A stretch of 64,000 nucleotides of DNA from Leucoraja ocellata (GCA_036785375.1 JAWMAR010001442.1:186001-250000), one strand, 5' to 3'; numbered from the stretch's first letter, positions 23,855-37,915 are shown. Program-made: numbers and translations. Notes: generated from the letters alone by a model not told the origin.

Positions 23855-24600
23855 TGTGAAGGAAGGAACAGCAGATGCTGGTTTACACCGAAGATAGACA
23901 CAAAATGCTAGAGTAACTCCGCAGGTAAGGCAGCAACTCTCGAGAGAAGGAATGGGTGATGTTTTGGGGTGAGACCTTTCTTCAGACTGGGAGGGGGTGT
24001 AGAGATATGGAGGGGAAAGGTGTGAAAAGGATAGATCAAAGCAGATCGTGATAAGGAAATGTAGAAAGGTTCATCGTTAGCTATGGGGAAGGTGACAACG
24101 AGGCACACAATCAGTAATATTTAATCAGGAGGACAGTGAAACTAGTCAGAGAACTAGGGTGGGGGAGGGACGGAGAGAGAGGGAAAGCAAGGGTTACTTG
24201 AAGTTAGAGAAGTCAATAGTGATACCGCTGGGGTGTAAGCTGCCCAAGCAAAATATGAGATGCTGTTCCTCCAATTTGCGCTGGGCCTCACTCTGACAGT
24301 GGAGGAGGCCCAGGGCAGACAGGTCAGTGTGGGAATGGGAGGGGTAGTTAAAGCGTTTAGCAACCAGGAGATCGTGCAGGCTCAGGCGGACTGGGCGGTG
24401 GTGTTCAGCGGAGCGATCATCAAGCCTGTGCTTGGTCTCGCTGATATAAAGGAGTTCAAACCTGGAACAGCGGTTACAGTAGATGAGGTTGGAGGAGATG
24501 CAAATGAACCTCTGCCTCACCTGAAAGGACTGGCCTGGTCCTTGGACGGAGTCGAGGGAGGAGGTGTAGGGACAGGTGTTGCATCTCTTTTGGTTGTAGG
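23855..24600 (-). mobile_element. Penelope-like retroelement fragment with GIY-YIG endonuclease
   Basis: ORF 24194-24520: NLIYCNRCSRFELLYISETKHRL...EEQHLIFCLGSLHPSGITIDFSNF. Confidence 0.85.
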
Positions 24601-25169
24601 GGAAATTGTGTGATGTGCTTGCTTAGATCCAAGAGTTATGCTCAAGCCAAGGGTCTTGTGCTGTGAACCAAGGTTCAGTGAAAATCCCCAAGTAGTTACA
24701 CTCAAAGTTTCTGTGTAAGTGACAGATGTTTTTAAGAAGACAAAACTCCCAAGTGTAGTATGCAGCCATTAGTGAATAATACAGGATTAATCCTAGTTCA
24801 GATTTATAGTTTTCCACTTAAACCACCCACATTGAAGAATGCAGGCTTATTTTAAAATCTAGCTGGGTGAGACATTTAGACAAGTAAAATACCTTCTGGT
24901 TTTTGCTTTGTAGGTTAATTGGCTTGGTATAAATGTAAATTGTCCCTAGTGTGTGCAGGGTAGTTAATGTGTGGGTATCGCTGGTTGACGTGGACTCAGT
25001 GGGCTGAAGGGCCTGATACAGTGCTGTATCTATAAACTAAACTAAAAAAGGTTTTGACTGTCTGGTTAAGAGATGAGCCCATGGGCTCACTGGTCTGAGG
25101 GCTATTGAAAGAATCTTGCACTTTGCTGACTTTCACAAGCAATGTTAAACTGAGACCAACGAGGTGAAG

Positions 25170-25467
25170 GCAATAGTTTGTTTTAGAGAGATGGCATGAA
25201 AACAAGCCCTTCCGCCACCGTGTCCACGCTAACCAACGATCACCTGTACACTAGTCATATATCCTACACAATAGGGGAAATTTACAGAAGTCAATTTACC
25301 TACAAACCGGCATATCTCTGGAATGTGGGCGGAAACCAGAGCATCCAAATTAAATCCATGAAGGACACAGGGAGAACATACAAACTCCGTCCAGATAGCA
25401 GGCATAGTCAGGATCGAACCCGGGTCTCTGGCACTGTAAGGCAGCAACTCTACCACAGTGCCACCGT
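25170..25467 (-). mobile_element. tRNA-derived SINE (HE1/V-SINE-like)
   Basis: Minus-strand head gtggtagagttgctgccttacagtgccagagacccgggttcgatcc with Pol III A/B boxes and a (taaac)n tail. Confidence 0.8.
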
Positions 25468-25902
25468 GCTGATCAATTCACTTGATGCTAAGGGAGTTGT
25501 ATGTTAGCCCTCTGCAAACTTTGAAACCCAATGATTGTTCCTTCTCCTTTTGGCACATCAAGTCCTCTCCGTCATTCAATCATATCTGGATTGGCATGGC
25601 TTAGAACATCAGAACAACCTTCTGCCACTGCCACTGATTTCTCAGGGACTACAAATGGAAAATGCACTCCAGTAATCCCTCTGTGTGCTTTATATCTGTC
25701 TGTTACCGTGTTCAGATTTGTCAAATATTGAATTGCATTCCAACAGTGGAGTCTTTAGGTTTAAAGAGTTAAGCGTGAAACTGTTAAAGCGGAAGTATTT
25801 TCGAGCCAGGAACTAGCTACACATGCTTTGACTGTAGAAAACTCTCATTTGGTAAATGTCAAAAATATTCTGCTGGTTTTTAAGTATTTTGCCCCAACAA
25901 GG

Positions 25903-26165
25903 TAGGGTGGTGCAGCGGTATAGTTGCTGCCTCACAGCGTCGGGTGCTGTCTGTACAGAGTTTGTACGTTCTCCCCGTAACCCGCGTGGGCTTTCTCCCG
26001 GTGCTCTGGTTTCCTCCTACACTCCAAAGACGTACAGGATTTTAGGTTAATTGGCTTTGGTAAAAAGCGCCCAGTGTATAGGATAGTGCTGGCATACAAG
26101 TGAATGCTGGTCGGCATGGACACGGTGCCCAAAGGGCCCGTTGCCCCACTGTATGTCAAAATGAA
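25903..26165 (+). mobile_element. tRNA-derived SINE (HE1/V-SINE-like)
   Basis: ggtggtgcagcggtatagttgctgcctcacagc...gagtttgtacgttctccccgt. Confidence 0.8.
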
Positions 26166-26657
26166 AATACTTGAGATTGAATAGTGTTTCACGTTTATTC
26201 CTTGACAGATCAAAGTATGATTAAGCCAACCCCTTATCCCTTGTGTTGATCAAATGAAGGGGTGCCTAAGACCCTCCCCCACCTGCCCTTCACTTCTGGA
26301 GTAATAGAATCAAGCTCATAACTTTTGGAAACATCGCTCTTTAGTTCAGTTTCTACATGTGGGGTTTAATTCAATGCAGTTTTAACTTTCTCCTGTGAAG
26401 CATTATCTTGTCCATCACTCGGGTTTCATCAACGTATTTCATTTATTGAACTGTCAACAGTTTCATGTTGACAGCAAAGTTGGAGCTTGTGCGCGTTGGC
26501 AATGTAGCTCTTTCATATAAGCAAGACACCAGCCAGACCATGAAAGAACAGAGTGCTGGAGTAACTCAGCGGGTCAAGCAGCATCTCTGGAGAACATGGG
26601 TGGGTGACATTTTGGTCTTCAGGACCAGACATCAACGAGTGCTGGACTCACCACGAT

Positions 26658-27185
26658 GTAGAAACATAGAAAATAGAAATAGATGCAGGAGTTGGCCATA
26701 CACCCTTCGGGCCAGCACCGCCTTTCAATATGATCATGGCTGATCATCCAAAATCAATACCCCATTCCTGCTATCTCACCATATCCCTTGATTACGTTTA
26801 TCCATAAAAGCCACATTTAACTCTCTCTTGAAAACATCCAGTGAATTGGCTTCCACTGCCTTCTGTGGCAGAGAATTCCACAGAAGGTTTTGTAAAGGTT
26901 TTTGCCTCACCTCAGTCCTAAATGGCCTAACCCTTATTCTTAAACTGTGACCCCTGGTTCTGGACTCCCCCAACATTGGGAACATTGTTCCTGCATCTAG
27001 ACTGTTCAATCCTTTAAGAATTTTATGTGTTTCTATAAGATTACCTCTCATCCTTCTCAATTCCAGTGAATACAAGCCCAGTCGACCCATTCTTTCATCA
27101 TATGTCATTCCCGCCATCCCGGGAATTAACCTGGTGAATTTACGCTGCAATCCCTCAATAGCAAAAATGTCCTTCCTCAAATTAT
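26658..27185 (-). mobile_element. CR1 LINE 3' portion
   Basis: ORF 26776-27180 is CR1 ORF2 C-terminus; tagaaacatagaaa tail on plus. Confidence 0.88.
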
Positions 27186-29464
27186 GAAAGGTGCAGAAGT
27201 TTGAAAACGCACACCTCCAGATTCAGGGACAGTTTCTTCCCAGCTGTTATCAGGCAAATCAATCATCCTACCACAACCAGAGAGCAGTGCTGAACTACTA
27301 TTGACTTCATTGGTGACCCTAAGACTATCCTTGATCGGACTTTGCTGGCTTTATCTTGCACTAAATGTTATTCCCTTACCATGTATCTATACACTGTAAA
27401 TGGCTTGATTGTAATCATGTATTGTCTTTCTGCTGACTGGTTTTAGCATGTGATAAAAAGCTTTTCTCTGTACTCGTGACAATAATCTTAACTGAACTGA
27501 GTTCCTTGTATCTAACACTTGAGTCCAGTTGCTCATATGGTGAAGTGGTTTATTCCCTTCTGGGCCTGCCTTCCATTCGTAAGATTGCACGTTTGTAAAC
27601 CATCATATTCAGAGGTGACCTCATAATGTGCCTGGCCGGTGACCTCACAGTGAACTGCATCCGTAACCATGAGAGACGGGCTCCATTTCATCTGTCAACT
27701 TGGCAAACTGGCTCCATTTCGTCAGTCAACTTGAAGTGGGTACGCAATAACCCTATTGCCAGGCATAGAAACAACCGGCAGCTACTAGAGGTGGAAACTC
27801 TAACCTTCGCGGAGTTGATCAAGGAGTTTCAAGAATGCCGGAGACAAAGGACAGAGCCACGCAGACTTACAAGAGGAGATCTAAGGTAGATCTGAATCTG
27901 TTAATAGACCTAGATAAAAGGTGGAGTGACTCAGCGGGTCTTATTCTTAAACTGTGACCCCTGGTTCTGGAATCCCCCTACATCCGGAACATAGGGACGA
28001 AGGGGTCTTCTGCCACCTCGGAATTTTTCTTTATGGGAGAGAATCCTATCCATCCAGTGACAACCCTGTCTCCGGTCTCAAACATTCCCCCACCTCTTCC
28101 CACCCCTCCCCCCATGTCCCCGTACGGAGCTTTTCAAAAAGGGGGGTGGCATGACAGGATTACAAAAAATTTAATGTAAAATAATGTGTGCACTGCGCAC
28201 ATCATGAGCGCGAAGCGTGAAGTCACTCGATGCTAGGGTCCAGGGCCCGCTTAAGGGCCCTGGAAGATCAGGGGTTTTAGATGCTCTCTGATGCATTCTG
28301 AGCCTTATTTTGGAGCATTTTTGCACCAAATTTATGACCAATATTTCAGAAATTAACAGGAATCTGAGGTAGATTTTTCACACAAAGGGTTCTGGGTGTA
28401 TGTAACGAGCTGCCAGAGTAGGTAGTTAAGGCTGGGACTATCCTAATGTTTAAGAGACATTTGGACACGTACATGGATAGGACAGATTTAGATGGATATA
28501 TGGGCCAAACGCGTGTGAGTGGGACTAGTTTAGATGGGACATGTCGGTCGGTGTGGGCAAGTTGGGCTGAAGGGCCTGTTTCCACACTGCATCATTCTAT
28601 GACTAAAAAGTGAAGAAGAAAAATGCATGTAGATAAGTAGAGCAGATTTGAAAGAGGAGTGAAATGTCCTGGCAACATCCTCATAAATCTTCACTGTACC
28701 CTTTCCAGTTTGATGATATCTTCCCTATAACATGGTGCCCAGAACTGAACACAATACTCTGAATGCGGCCTCACCAACTTCTTATGCAACTGCAACATGA
28801 CCTCCCAACTTCTATACTCAGCCTGACCCGCTGAGTTACTCCAGCACTCTGAAACGTCACAGAACAGGGCAAGATTAGCAAGTTTGCTGATGATACAGAA
28901 GTGAGTGGTTTTGCAGCTAGTGAAGATGGTTGTGAATGATTACAGCAGGATCTGGATCAATTAGCCAGGTGGGCAGAGGAATGGTTGATGGTTGCATGGT
29001 TCCTTGAAGGTCATGTCGCAGGTATATCAGGTGGTCAAAAAATATTTTGGCACTTTGGCCCTCATCAGTCAGAGTTAGGACCGAGATGAAGAAAACTTTT
29101 TTCACACAGAGAGTGGTGAATCTCTGGAATTCTCTGCCGCAGAAGGTAGTTGAGGCAAGTTAATTGGCTATATTTAAGAGGGAGTTAGATGTGGCCCTTG
29201 TGGCTAAAGGGATCAGGGGGTATGGAGAGAAGGCAGGAACAGGATACTGAGTTGGATGATCAGCCATGATCATATTGAATGGCGGTGCAGGCTCGAAGGG
29301 CCGAATGGCCTACTCCTGCACATATTTTCTATGTTTCTATTGTATAGAAGTTGGGAGGTCATGTTGCAGTTGTATAAGACGTTGGTGAGACCGCATTTAG
29401 AATATTATGTTCAGCTCTGGGCACCATGTTATAGGAAAGATGTCAAACTGAAAAGAGTACAGAG

Positions 29465-29985
29465 ATCCCCATCCTGGATCAGTCCAATCATGGTTGTGTC
29501 ATCCGCAAACTTGAGAAGCTTGACAGAGGTGGCTGTGGAGGTGCAGTCATTGGGTGTGAAGTGGTGATTGGGGTGGGGTAGGTGTAGAAGGGCCCAGTCT
29601 TTGCAGACTGAGGTCAGGCTTTGAGTGGGTGTGAAGTGTTGGTTGGGGTGGGAAAGGGTCCACTCTTTTCATACTGGAGTCTTCCCTTAAGTAGGTGTGA
29701 AGTGGTGAATGGGAAGGAGAAGGTGCAGGGTCCATTCTTTGCAGACTGGGGTCTGGCTGTGTTTGTGGGGGAAGGGGTACCAAGGTTACGTTTCTGATTT
29801 TCAAACCTGCAGTAAAACTCATTCATGTCGTTCGTCAGCTGACGTTTGTCCAAAGAGCTGGTGATTTCTTGCATGCCCTTCCAAACTGAAGAAGAGTCAT
29901 TAGCTGAGAACTTGCTCCTCAACTTCTCAGAGTATCTTTCCTTGGCAGTTCCGATTCCTCTTCTCAGCTCTTTATCGATTAGGCT
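29465..29985 (-). mobile_element. Rex1-type LINE internal fragment
   Basis: LRRGIGTAKERYSEKLRSKFSANDSSSVWKG; the same family recurs at 51720-52180. Confidence 0.7.
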
Positions 29986-30374
29986 ATCTTTTAACTCTTT
30001 AATGATTAGGCTATCGGCAACGCATATTTTCCCCGAGCCCCCAGCCCTCCCCACCCCCCCCTCCCTCCGATCTCAGAATGGAAATGTTGCATCTGTATAT
30101 AATGATCCCATTAAAATGTGTATTTATGTCACAAACTATGGAATTCATATTTTTCAGTATTGTTATCAAGGAAAAGAAAGCAGTTCCAATTGTTTGATAT
30201 AATTTGATATTGTTTAATATTATTCATATGGAGGAGAAACTATAATAGATATAAACCTACCTTAATTTTGAAATCTCACTCAATCCCCCTTTCCTTCTCC
30301 CCTCCCCCTTCTCCTCTCTCCCTTCCCCACTCTCTCTCCCCCTTCCCCCTCTCACACACCCCCCTCTTTCTCAG

Positions 30375-30587
30375 CAGGGGTGGAGTGGGCCCAGCAGGGG
30401 TGGCGTGGGCCCAGCGGGGGTGGCGTGGGCCCGGCGGGGGTGGCGTGGGCCCAGCGGGGGTGGTGTGGGCCCAGCGGGGTTGGCATGAGCCCAGCGGGGG
30501 TGGCGTGGGCCCAGCGGGGGTGGCGTGGGCCCAGTGGGGGTGGTGTGGGCCCAGCGGGGGTGGCATGGGCCCAGCGGGGGTGGCGTG
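30375..30587. repeat. 20-bp GC-rich minisatellite (GGGCCCAGCGGGGGTGGCGT)x~10
   Basis: Visible tandem array. Confidence 0.93.
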
Positions 30588-31864
30588 AGGGGAAGATGGC
30601 TTGGGCCCCGGCGGCAGGGGGAGGCGAGGGGAGCGGGCTCCGCCGCAGCGGCGTCTGGTGTTGGGGTTACAGCCGTTGGGTTCAGATTCAGCCACTCACG
30701 TCCGGGGACGGGAGAACAGAGAACTGGCCGTTTCCAAAGTGGAAACGTTTTTTTCCGATTTTTTTTCTTCTTTTTTTCCGGTTTTTTTTTGGTGACTTTT
30801 TTCGTAGGTGATTGAAAAGTGGGGTGCGGTCGCATCCAACGCACTCCCCTCCCCCCTCCCCCCTCCCCCCCTTCGGACGGCCATGCATCATCCTTGACCC
30901 AGCCTTCTACCCTCTCTGGAGGTTATTTATATCCACTGTGGGTGCAACAGCTGTCTTGGCTTCACTACTCCACTGGCCCACTCAAACCGGAAGGGTCCCG
31001 ACATGAAACGACAAATGTCAAGGAGCATCTCTGGAGAACATACGTGACGTTTCACAAAGTGCTGGAGTAACTCAGTGGGTCAGGCAGCATCTCTGTCGAA
31101 CTTGGATAGGTGACGTTTCACAGGACAATGAAGCTAGTTGTAGAACTAGGGTGTTGGAGGGATGGAGAGAGAGGGAAAGCAAGGGTTACTTGAAGTTGGA
31201 GAAATCAATATTCATATTGCTGAGTTGTAATCTGCCTGTTCCACTGAGTTTCTCCAGCATTTTGTGTCTATCTTCAGTGTAAACCAACATCTGCTGTTCC
31301 TGCACATTTTGGCTTGCCCACATTTACAAGATGCTCCATCTACACCAGTCCCACCTGCCTGCATTTGCTCCATATCTATTCATATCTATCCTATCCATGT
31401 CAAGAGTCAAGAGTGTTTTATTGTCATACTAGACTAAGTGGAACCTGTTGAGTCCCAGTCACACGGGACGCCGGAGGGAGTGTAAGGGAGGGGGGATGTA
31501 GTGCAGTGGGCAGAAGGAAGGGGGGCTTGGGGAGTGTAGGGGAGGGAGGGGAGGGAGGGTTGTGGGGATAGGGGTAGGGGAGGGGGTGTATGCGGGAGGG
31601 GGTGCTGTGGGCCCCCATTCGCAGAACACAGCCCCCGCTCGCAGAACAGAACACAGACCCCACTTGCAGAACACAGACCCCTCTGGAACTTTGCTCACTA
31701 CGCTCCTTTAGCTTATTCTCGCGGCCGGTGATTGACAGCGGGTGCCGGAAGATATAGAATTGTCCCAAAATGGACAATTCTGACTGACGATACGAGAGAA
31801 CTTTATCGATCCCAGGAGGGAAATTGATCTGCCAACAATGATAAAACACAAGATAAATGCATTC

Positions 31865-32195
31865 ATGGTGGCGGTGCAGTAGAGTTACTGCCTTGCATCG
31901 AATGCAGCGCTGGAGACCCGGGTCCGATTACGGGTGCTGTCTGTATGGAGTTTGTATGTTCTCCCCGTGACCTGAGTCGATTTTCTCCAAGAACTTCGGT
32001 TTCCTCCCACACTCCAAAGACATTCAGGTTTGTCGGTTAATTGGCTTTGGTAACATTGTAATTGTCCCTAGTGTGTGGAGTGGTGCTAGTGTACGGGATG
32101 ATCGCTGGTTAATGTTAATGTGCAGAATCGCTGGTCGATGCGGACCCAGTGGGCTGAAGGGACTGTTTCTATGCTGTATCTCTAAACTAAACGAA
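31865..32195 (+). mobile_element. tRNA-derived SINE (HE1/V-SINE-like)
   Basis: A/B-box head and tail gtatctctaaactaaac. Confidence 0.8.
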
Positions 32196-32579
32196 ACAAG
32201 TTCATTTTGGTCGTGCTTTAGGAATGTTGGATTCAGAACAGCGTACAGCCGAGTCTTAAACAATGCCTCTGGAGAATAATCTATTCAGTTTAGGACTAAT
32301 CATGCTTTTTTTGTTGATGGGTTGAGAAAAAGTAAATCTTTGAGGCTGGGCAAATATCCATGGGTCAGGCAAACTCGTTTAAATTGGACAAATTGCATCT
32401 TCACTTCAAATGAAATAAATTGGCTTGTTGAACCGTTGCTTAATCTTCCACATGAACTAGTTTACAGCATCTGCACACTCCTTTTAATTAAAATGTATTT
32501 TTAAAAAGGGTTCGACTTTGTCAAAGTTTCACTTGTAAACCCAACATTTTGCATCTTTAAACCATGAATTGGAGACCCA

Positions 32580-34125
32580 AAAATCTCTGTCGAATTGGTT
32601 ATCAAAATTACCAAGTGCTTGAGGAATGTCATTAGAAACGGGAATAGTCCCCGAGGATTGGCGTACTGCGCATGTTGTTCCATTGTTTAAAAAGGGTTCT
32701 AAGAGTAAACCTAGCAATTATAGACCTGTTAGTTTGACTTCAGTGGTGGGCTAATTAATGGAAAAGATACTTAGAGATAATATATATAAGCATCTAGATA
32801 AACAGGGTCTGATTAGAAACAGTCAACATGGATTTGTGCCTGGAAGGTCATGTTTGACTAATCTTCTTGAATTTTTTGAAGAGGCTACTAGGGAAATTGA
32901 CGAGGGTAAAGCAGTGGATGTTGTCTATATGGACTTTAGTAAGGCCTTTGACAAGGTTCCTCATGGAAGGTTGGTTAAGAAGGTTCAACTGCTGGGTATA
33001 AATGCAGGAATAGCAAGATGGATTCAACAGTGGCTGAATGGGAGAAGCCAGAGGGTAATGGTGGATGGCTGTTTATCGGGTTGGAGGCAGGTGACTAGTG
33101 GGGTGCCTCAGGGATCTGTGTTGGGTCCTTTGTTGTTTGTCATGTACATCAATGATCTGGATGAAGGTGTGGCAAATTGGATTAGTAAGTATGCAGATGA
33201 TACCAAGATAGGGGGTGTTGTGGATAATGAAGAGGATTTCCAAAGTCTACAGAGTGATTTAGGCCATTTGGAAAAATGGGCTGAAAGATGGCAGATGGAG
33301 TTTAATGCTGATAAATGTGAGGTGCTACACCTTGGCAGGACAAATCAAAATAGGACGTACATGGTAAATGGTAGGGAATTGAAGAATACAGTTGAACAGA
33401 GGGATCTGGGTATAACCGTGCATAGTTCCTTGAAGGTGGAATCTCATATAGATAGGGTGGTAAAGAAAGCTTTTGGTATGCTAGCCTTTATAAATCAGAG
33501 CATTGAGTATAGAAGCTGGGATGTAATGTTAAAATTGTACAAGGCATTGGTGAGACCAAATCTGGAGTATGGTGTACAATTTTGGTCGCCCAATTATAGG
33601 AAGGATGTCAACAAAATAGAGAGAGTACAGAGGAGATTTACTAGAATGTTGCCTGGGTTTCAACAACTAAGTTACAGAGATAGGTTGAATAAGTTAGGTC
33701 TTTATTCTCTGGAGCGCAGAAGGTTAAGGGGGGACCTGATAGAGGTCTTTAAAATGATGAGAGGGATAGACAGAGTTGATGTGGACAAGCTTTTCCCTTT
33801 GAGAATAGGGAAGATTCAAACAAGAGGACATGACTTCAGAATTAAGGGACAGAAGTTTAGGGGTAATATGAGGGGGAACTTCTTTACGCAGAGAGTGGTG
33901 GCGGTGTGGAATGAGCTCCCAGTGGAAGTGGTGGAGGCAGGTTCATTGCTATCATTTAAAAATAAATTGGATAGGCATATGGATGAGAAGGGAATGGAGG
34001 GTTATGGTATGAGTGCAGGCAGGTGGGACTAAGGGGAAAAAAAAAATTTGTTCGGCATGGACTTGTAGGGCCGAGATGGCCTTTTTCCGTGCTGTAATTG
34101 CTATATGGTTATATGGTTATATGGA
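32580..34125 (+). mobile_element. young 5'-truncated CR1 with a 424-aa open RT/C-terminal ORF2 segment (32758-34032)
   Basis: QHGF...[36 protein letters not shown] and YADDTK motifs; (atatggtt)n tail. Confidence 0.95.
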
Positions 34126-34319
34126 ATGATGCTGGCTCTTGGGGACATTTTCATTATAATTCTTCACTTTTCCTTCAAATTTGATTTTTTTTTAAAAAAA
34201 GGTTCAGCTTGTGAACATGAAACAGCCTTTTTATTTTAAATATCCTTCGCAGACTTTGTGGGCTGAAGGGCCTGTTTCTGCGCTGCATCTCTAAAACAAA
34301 AATTAAACTCACACGAGGG

Positions 34320-36615
34320 CCAGGAATGGGAACTGAATATTCAAGGGTATACCTCCTATTGAAAAGACAGATAGTGGGCAGAGGGGGTGGGGTAGCTGTT
34401 TTGGTGAGGAATCAAATTCAGTCCCTTGCAGGTGACATTGAAACAGGAGATGTGGAGTCAGTATGGATAGAGCTAAGGAATTGTAAAGGTAAAAAGACCC
34501 TAATGGGACTTAACTACAAGCCCCCAAACAGTAGCCTGGATCTAGGGTGCAAGTTGAATCAGGAGTTAAAATTGGCATGTAGTAAAGGTAATACTATGGT
34601 TGTTATGGGAGATTACAACATGCAGGTAGACTGGGAAAATCAGGTTGGTACTGGACCCCAGAAAGAGAGTTTGTGGAGTGCCTCCTTGATGGATTCTTAG
34701 AGCAACTTGTATTGGAGCCTACCAGGGAGAAGGCAAGTGTTATGTAATGAACCGGATTTGCTAAAGGAACTTGAGGTTAAGGAGCCATTAGGAGGTAGTG
34801 ACCATAATATGGTCAAGTTTAATCTCCAATTGGAGAGGGAGAAGAGTAAATTGGAGGTGTCAGTGAATAAATGGGACTATGGAGCCATGAGGGAGGAGCT
34901 GGCCAAAGTTGACTGGAAAGATACCCTAGCAGGGATGACAGTGGAACAACAATGGCAGTTATTTCTGGGAATAATACAGAAGGTGCAGGATCAGTTAATT
35001 CCATAGAGGAAGAAAGATTCCAAGGGTAGTAAGGGGTTACCGTGGCTGACGAGGGACAGTTTAAAAATAAAGGAGAAGTACAACGTAGCAAAGATGAGCG
35101 GGAAGCAAGAGGATTGGGTAATGTTTAAGGAGCAATAGAAGATAACTGAAAAGGCAATACGGGGAGAAAAGATGTGGTACAAAGGTAAAACAGCCAAGAA
35201 TATAACGGAGGATAATAAAAGCTTCTTTAGTTATCTGAAGAGAAAAAAAACTAGTTAAGACCAAAGTTGGACCCTTGAAGAATGAAATGGGTGAATTTAT
35301 TATGAGGAATAAGGAAATGGTAGATGAGTTGAATAGGTACTTTGGATCTGTCTTCACTAAGGAGGATCCAAGTAATCTTCCTGATATAGTAGCGGCCAGA
35401 GGATCTGGGGTGATGGAGGAACTGAAGGAAATCCACATTGGGCAGGAAATGGTGTTGTGTGGACTGATGGGACTGAAGGCTGATAAATCCCCAAATGGAC
35501 AAGGGAGAGACAGTGGATGTAGTGTACCTGGACTTTCAGAAAGCATTTGATAAGGTCCCACATAGGAGATTAGTTGGCAGAATTAGGGCACATGGTATCG
35601 GGGGTAGAGTGCTGACATGGATAGAAAATTGGTTGGCAGATAGGAAACAAAGAATAGGGATTAACGGGTCCCTTTCAGAATGGCAGGCAGTGACTAGTGG
35701 GGCACCACAAGACTCGGTGCTGGGACTGCAGCAATTTACAAAATACAGTAATGATTTAGATGAAGGGATTCAAAGTAACATGAGCAAATTTGCAGAAGTC
35801 ACAAAGCTGGGTGACAGTGTGAACTGTGAGGAGGATGCTATGAGAATGCAGGGTGACTTGGACAGGTTGGGTGAGTGGGCAGATGCATGGCACATGCAGT
35901 TGAATGTGGATAAATGTGTGGTTATCCACTTTGGTTGCAAAAACAGGGAGGCAGATTATTATTGACTAAATGGTGTCGTTGGGAAAAGAGGAAGTACAAC
36001 GGGATCGTGGGTCCTTGTTCATCAATCAATGAAAGTAAGCATGCAAGTACAGCAGGCAGTGAAGAAAGCAAATGGCATGTTGGCCTTCACAACAAGAGGA
36101 GTTGAGTATAGGAACAAATAGATCCTTCTGCAGTTGTACAGATCCTGAGTGAGACCACACCTGGAGTATTGTGTATAGTTTTGGTCCCCTAATTTGAGGA
36201 AGGACATTCTGGCTATTGAGGGAGTGCAGCATAGGTTTACAAGTTTAATTCCCGGGAAGGCGGGACTGTCATATGCTGAGAGAATGGAGTGGCTGGGCTT
36301 GTATACTGGAGTTAAGAAGGATGAGAGGATATTCTTGAAACATATAGATTATTAAGGGTTTGGACATGCTAGAGGCAGGAAACAAGTTCCCGATGTTGGG
36401 AGGAGTCCAAAATCAGAGGCCACAGTTTAAGAATAAGGGGTAATCATTTAGAACGGAGACGAAGAAACACTTCTTCACACAAAGAGTTGTGAGTCTGTGG
36501 AATTCTCTGCCTTAGAGGGCAGTGGAGGTCGGTTCTCTGGATACTTTCAAGAGAGGGCTAGATAGGGCTCTTAAAGATAGCGGAGCCAGGGGATATGGGG
36601 AGAAGGCAGGAACGG
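34320..36615 (+). mobile_element. decayed CR1 LINE with endonuclease and RT remnants
   Basis: GRGGGVAVLV, VMGDYN and GGSDHNMV (APE endonuclease), followed by RT motifs with stops and an internal deletion at ~35495. Confidence 0.9.
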
Positions 36616-37564
36616 GACCCGGACATGGCGTCGAAGGACAAGAAGCTGAAGCAAAGAAGTGTAACCTAAATTACCGAACGGAAACAAAGCTGAAACGCCA
36701 ACTAACCGTAAGGGTGGGACGCCTAAAAGCAAACTAACCGAACGGACATGATGCTGCCGGGGGGGGGGGGCGGAACGGGACTGTACAACTTGGAGCTCGG
36801 GATCAGAGTGCCCAGTCACCTATGGCTTGTGTGGGAACATGATCCCCACCCTCCCGTCTCCATCGGCCAGTGATATGATGGACACGTGGGTCTGGACCAA
36901 TTGCTGATATATCCCGCCCCCGGCCGTTATTTGACTTTTTGGCAAAGCAGCCATTCGGTGAGTTGGCATTTCGGCAGAGCGACCTTTCGGTGAGTTTGCT
37001 TTTAGGCATCCTACCCTTTCGGTTAGTTGGCATTTTGGCTTTGTACCCTTTTGGTTCTTTGGTGTTTTGGCTTTGTTTCCATTCGGTTATTTGGCTTCCA
37101 CTTCTTTGCTTCAGCTTCTCGTCCTTCGATGCCACGTCCACACACAGGCAGGAACGGGGTACTGGTAAGGGATGATCAGCCATGATCACATTGAATGGCG
37201 GTGCTGGGTCGAAGGGTCAAAAGACCTACTCCTGCACCTATTGTCTATTGTCTATTGGCTCATCCCTGGATTGTGAATGGGGTCTCTTCCCGGGAGCTCT
37301 TTGTAACCCGAACGGTTTGCAAATGAGAAATGCAGGTACGGGTCGTTTTCCCACTTGGTAAAAGATGCCTTCAGTCCCATAGCAATCGCCAAGTCCACCC
37401 GCTGGTGTCCCAAATACTCTACTGGATGGATGGGCTGTAAGTAAAGAGGGTGACTGTGCAGTGGGGAGTATCTGCATCTAAATATAGTGCAGACAAAATG
37501 TAAAGTAAGAAACTGCAGATGCTGATTTACACCAAAGATAAACACAAAACGCTAGAGTAACTTA

Positions 37565-37915
37565 AGGGCCTGTCCTACTTTCCCAAATTATTCACAAATT
37601 TTCCTGAATTATTCACGATTTCTCCCGAGTTTTCAAACTCGCAGAATGTCCGTAGCGAGTCCGTTGGAGGCCGTAGGAGTCTGTGGATATATTGTAGCGG
37701 CTCGGTATGCCAGCCGTAGGTATTCGGGACAACATGTAAGTTTTTTCAGCATGATGAAAAATGTTCACGAGTGAGAAGTTAGCCCCGAGTACCTATGGCT
37801 GGTATAACGAGCCACTACGATATATCATGGCCTCCTACGGACTTGTTACGAATATTCTGAGAGTTTGAAAAGTTGGGAGAATTTGTGAATAGCTTGGGAA
37901 AGTGGAACAGGCCCT
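37565..37915. mobile_element. PIF/Harbinger-type MITE
   Basis: TIRs agggcctgtcctactttcccaa and (reverse complement) agggcctgttccactttcccaa with TWA-like flanks. Confidence 0.7.

Noticed and set aside
25420-25467. tRNA gene
   Set aside because: The A/B-box sequence is the head of a SINE repeated several times in the window and does not form a full cloverleaf.
30268-30891. Overlapping Gly/Pro-rich ORFs
   Set aside because: Artefacts of a GC-rich 20-bp minisatellite and low-complexity flanks.
32758-34032. 424-aa ORF as a host or domesticated gene
   Set aside because: It is a 5'-truncated CR1 ORF2 with a stop just upstream and a typical CR1 3' tail.
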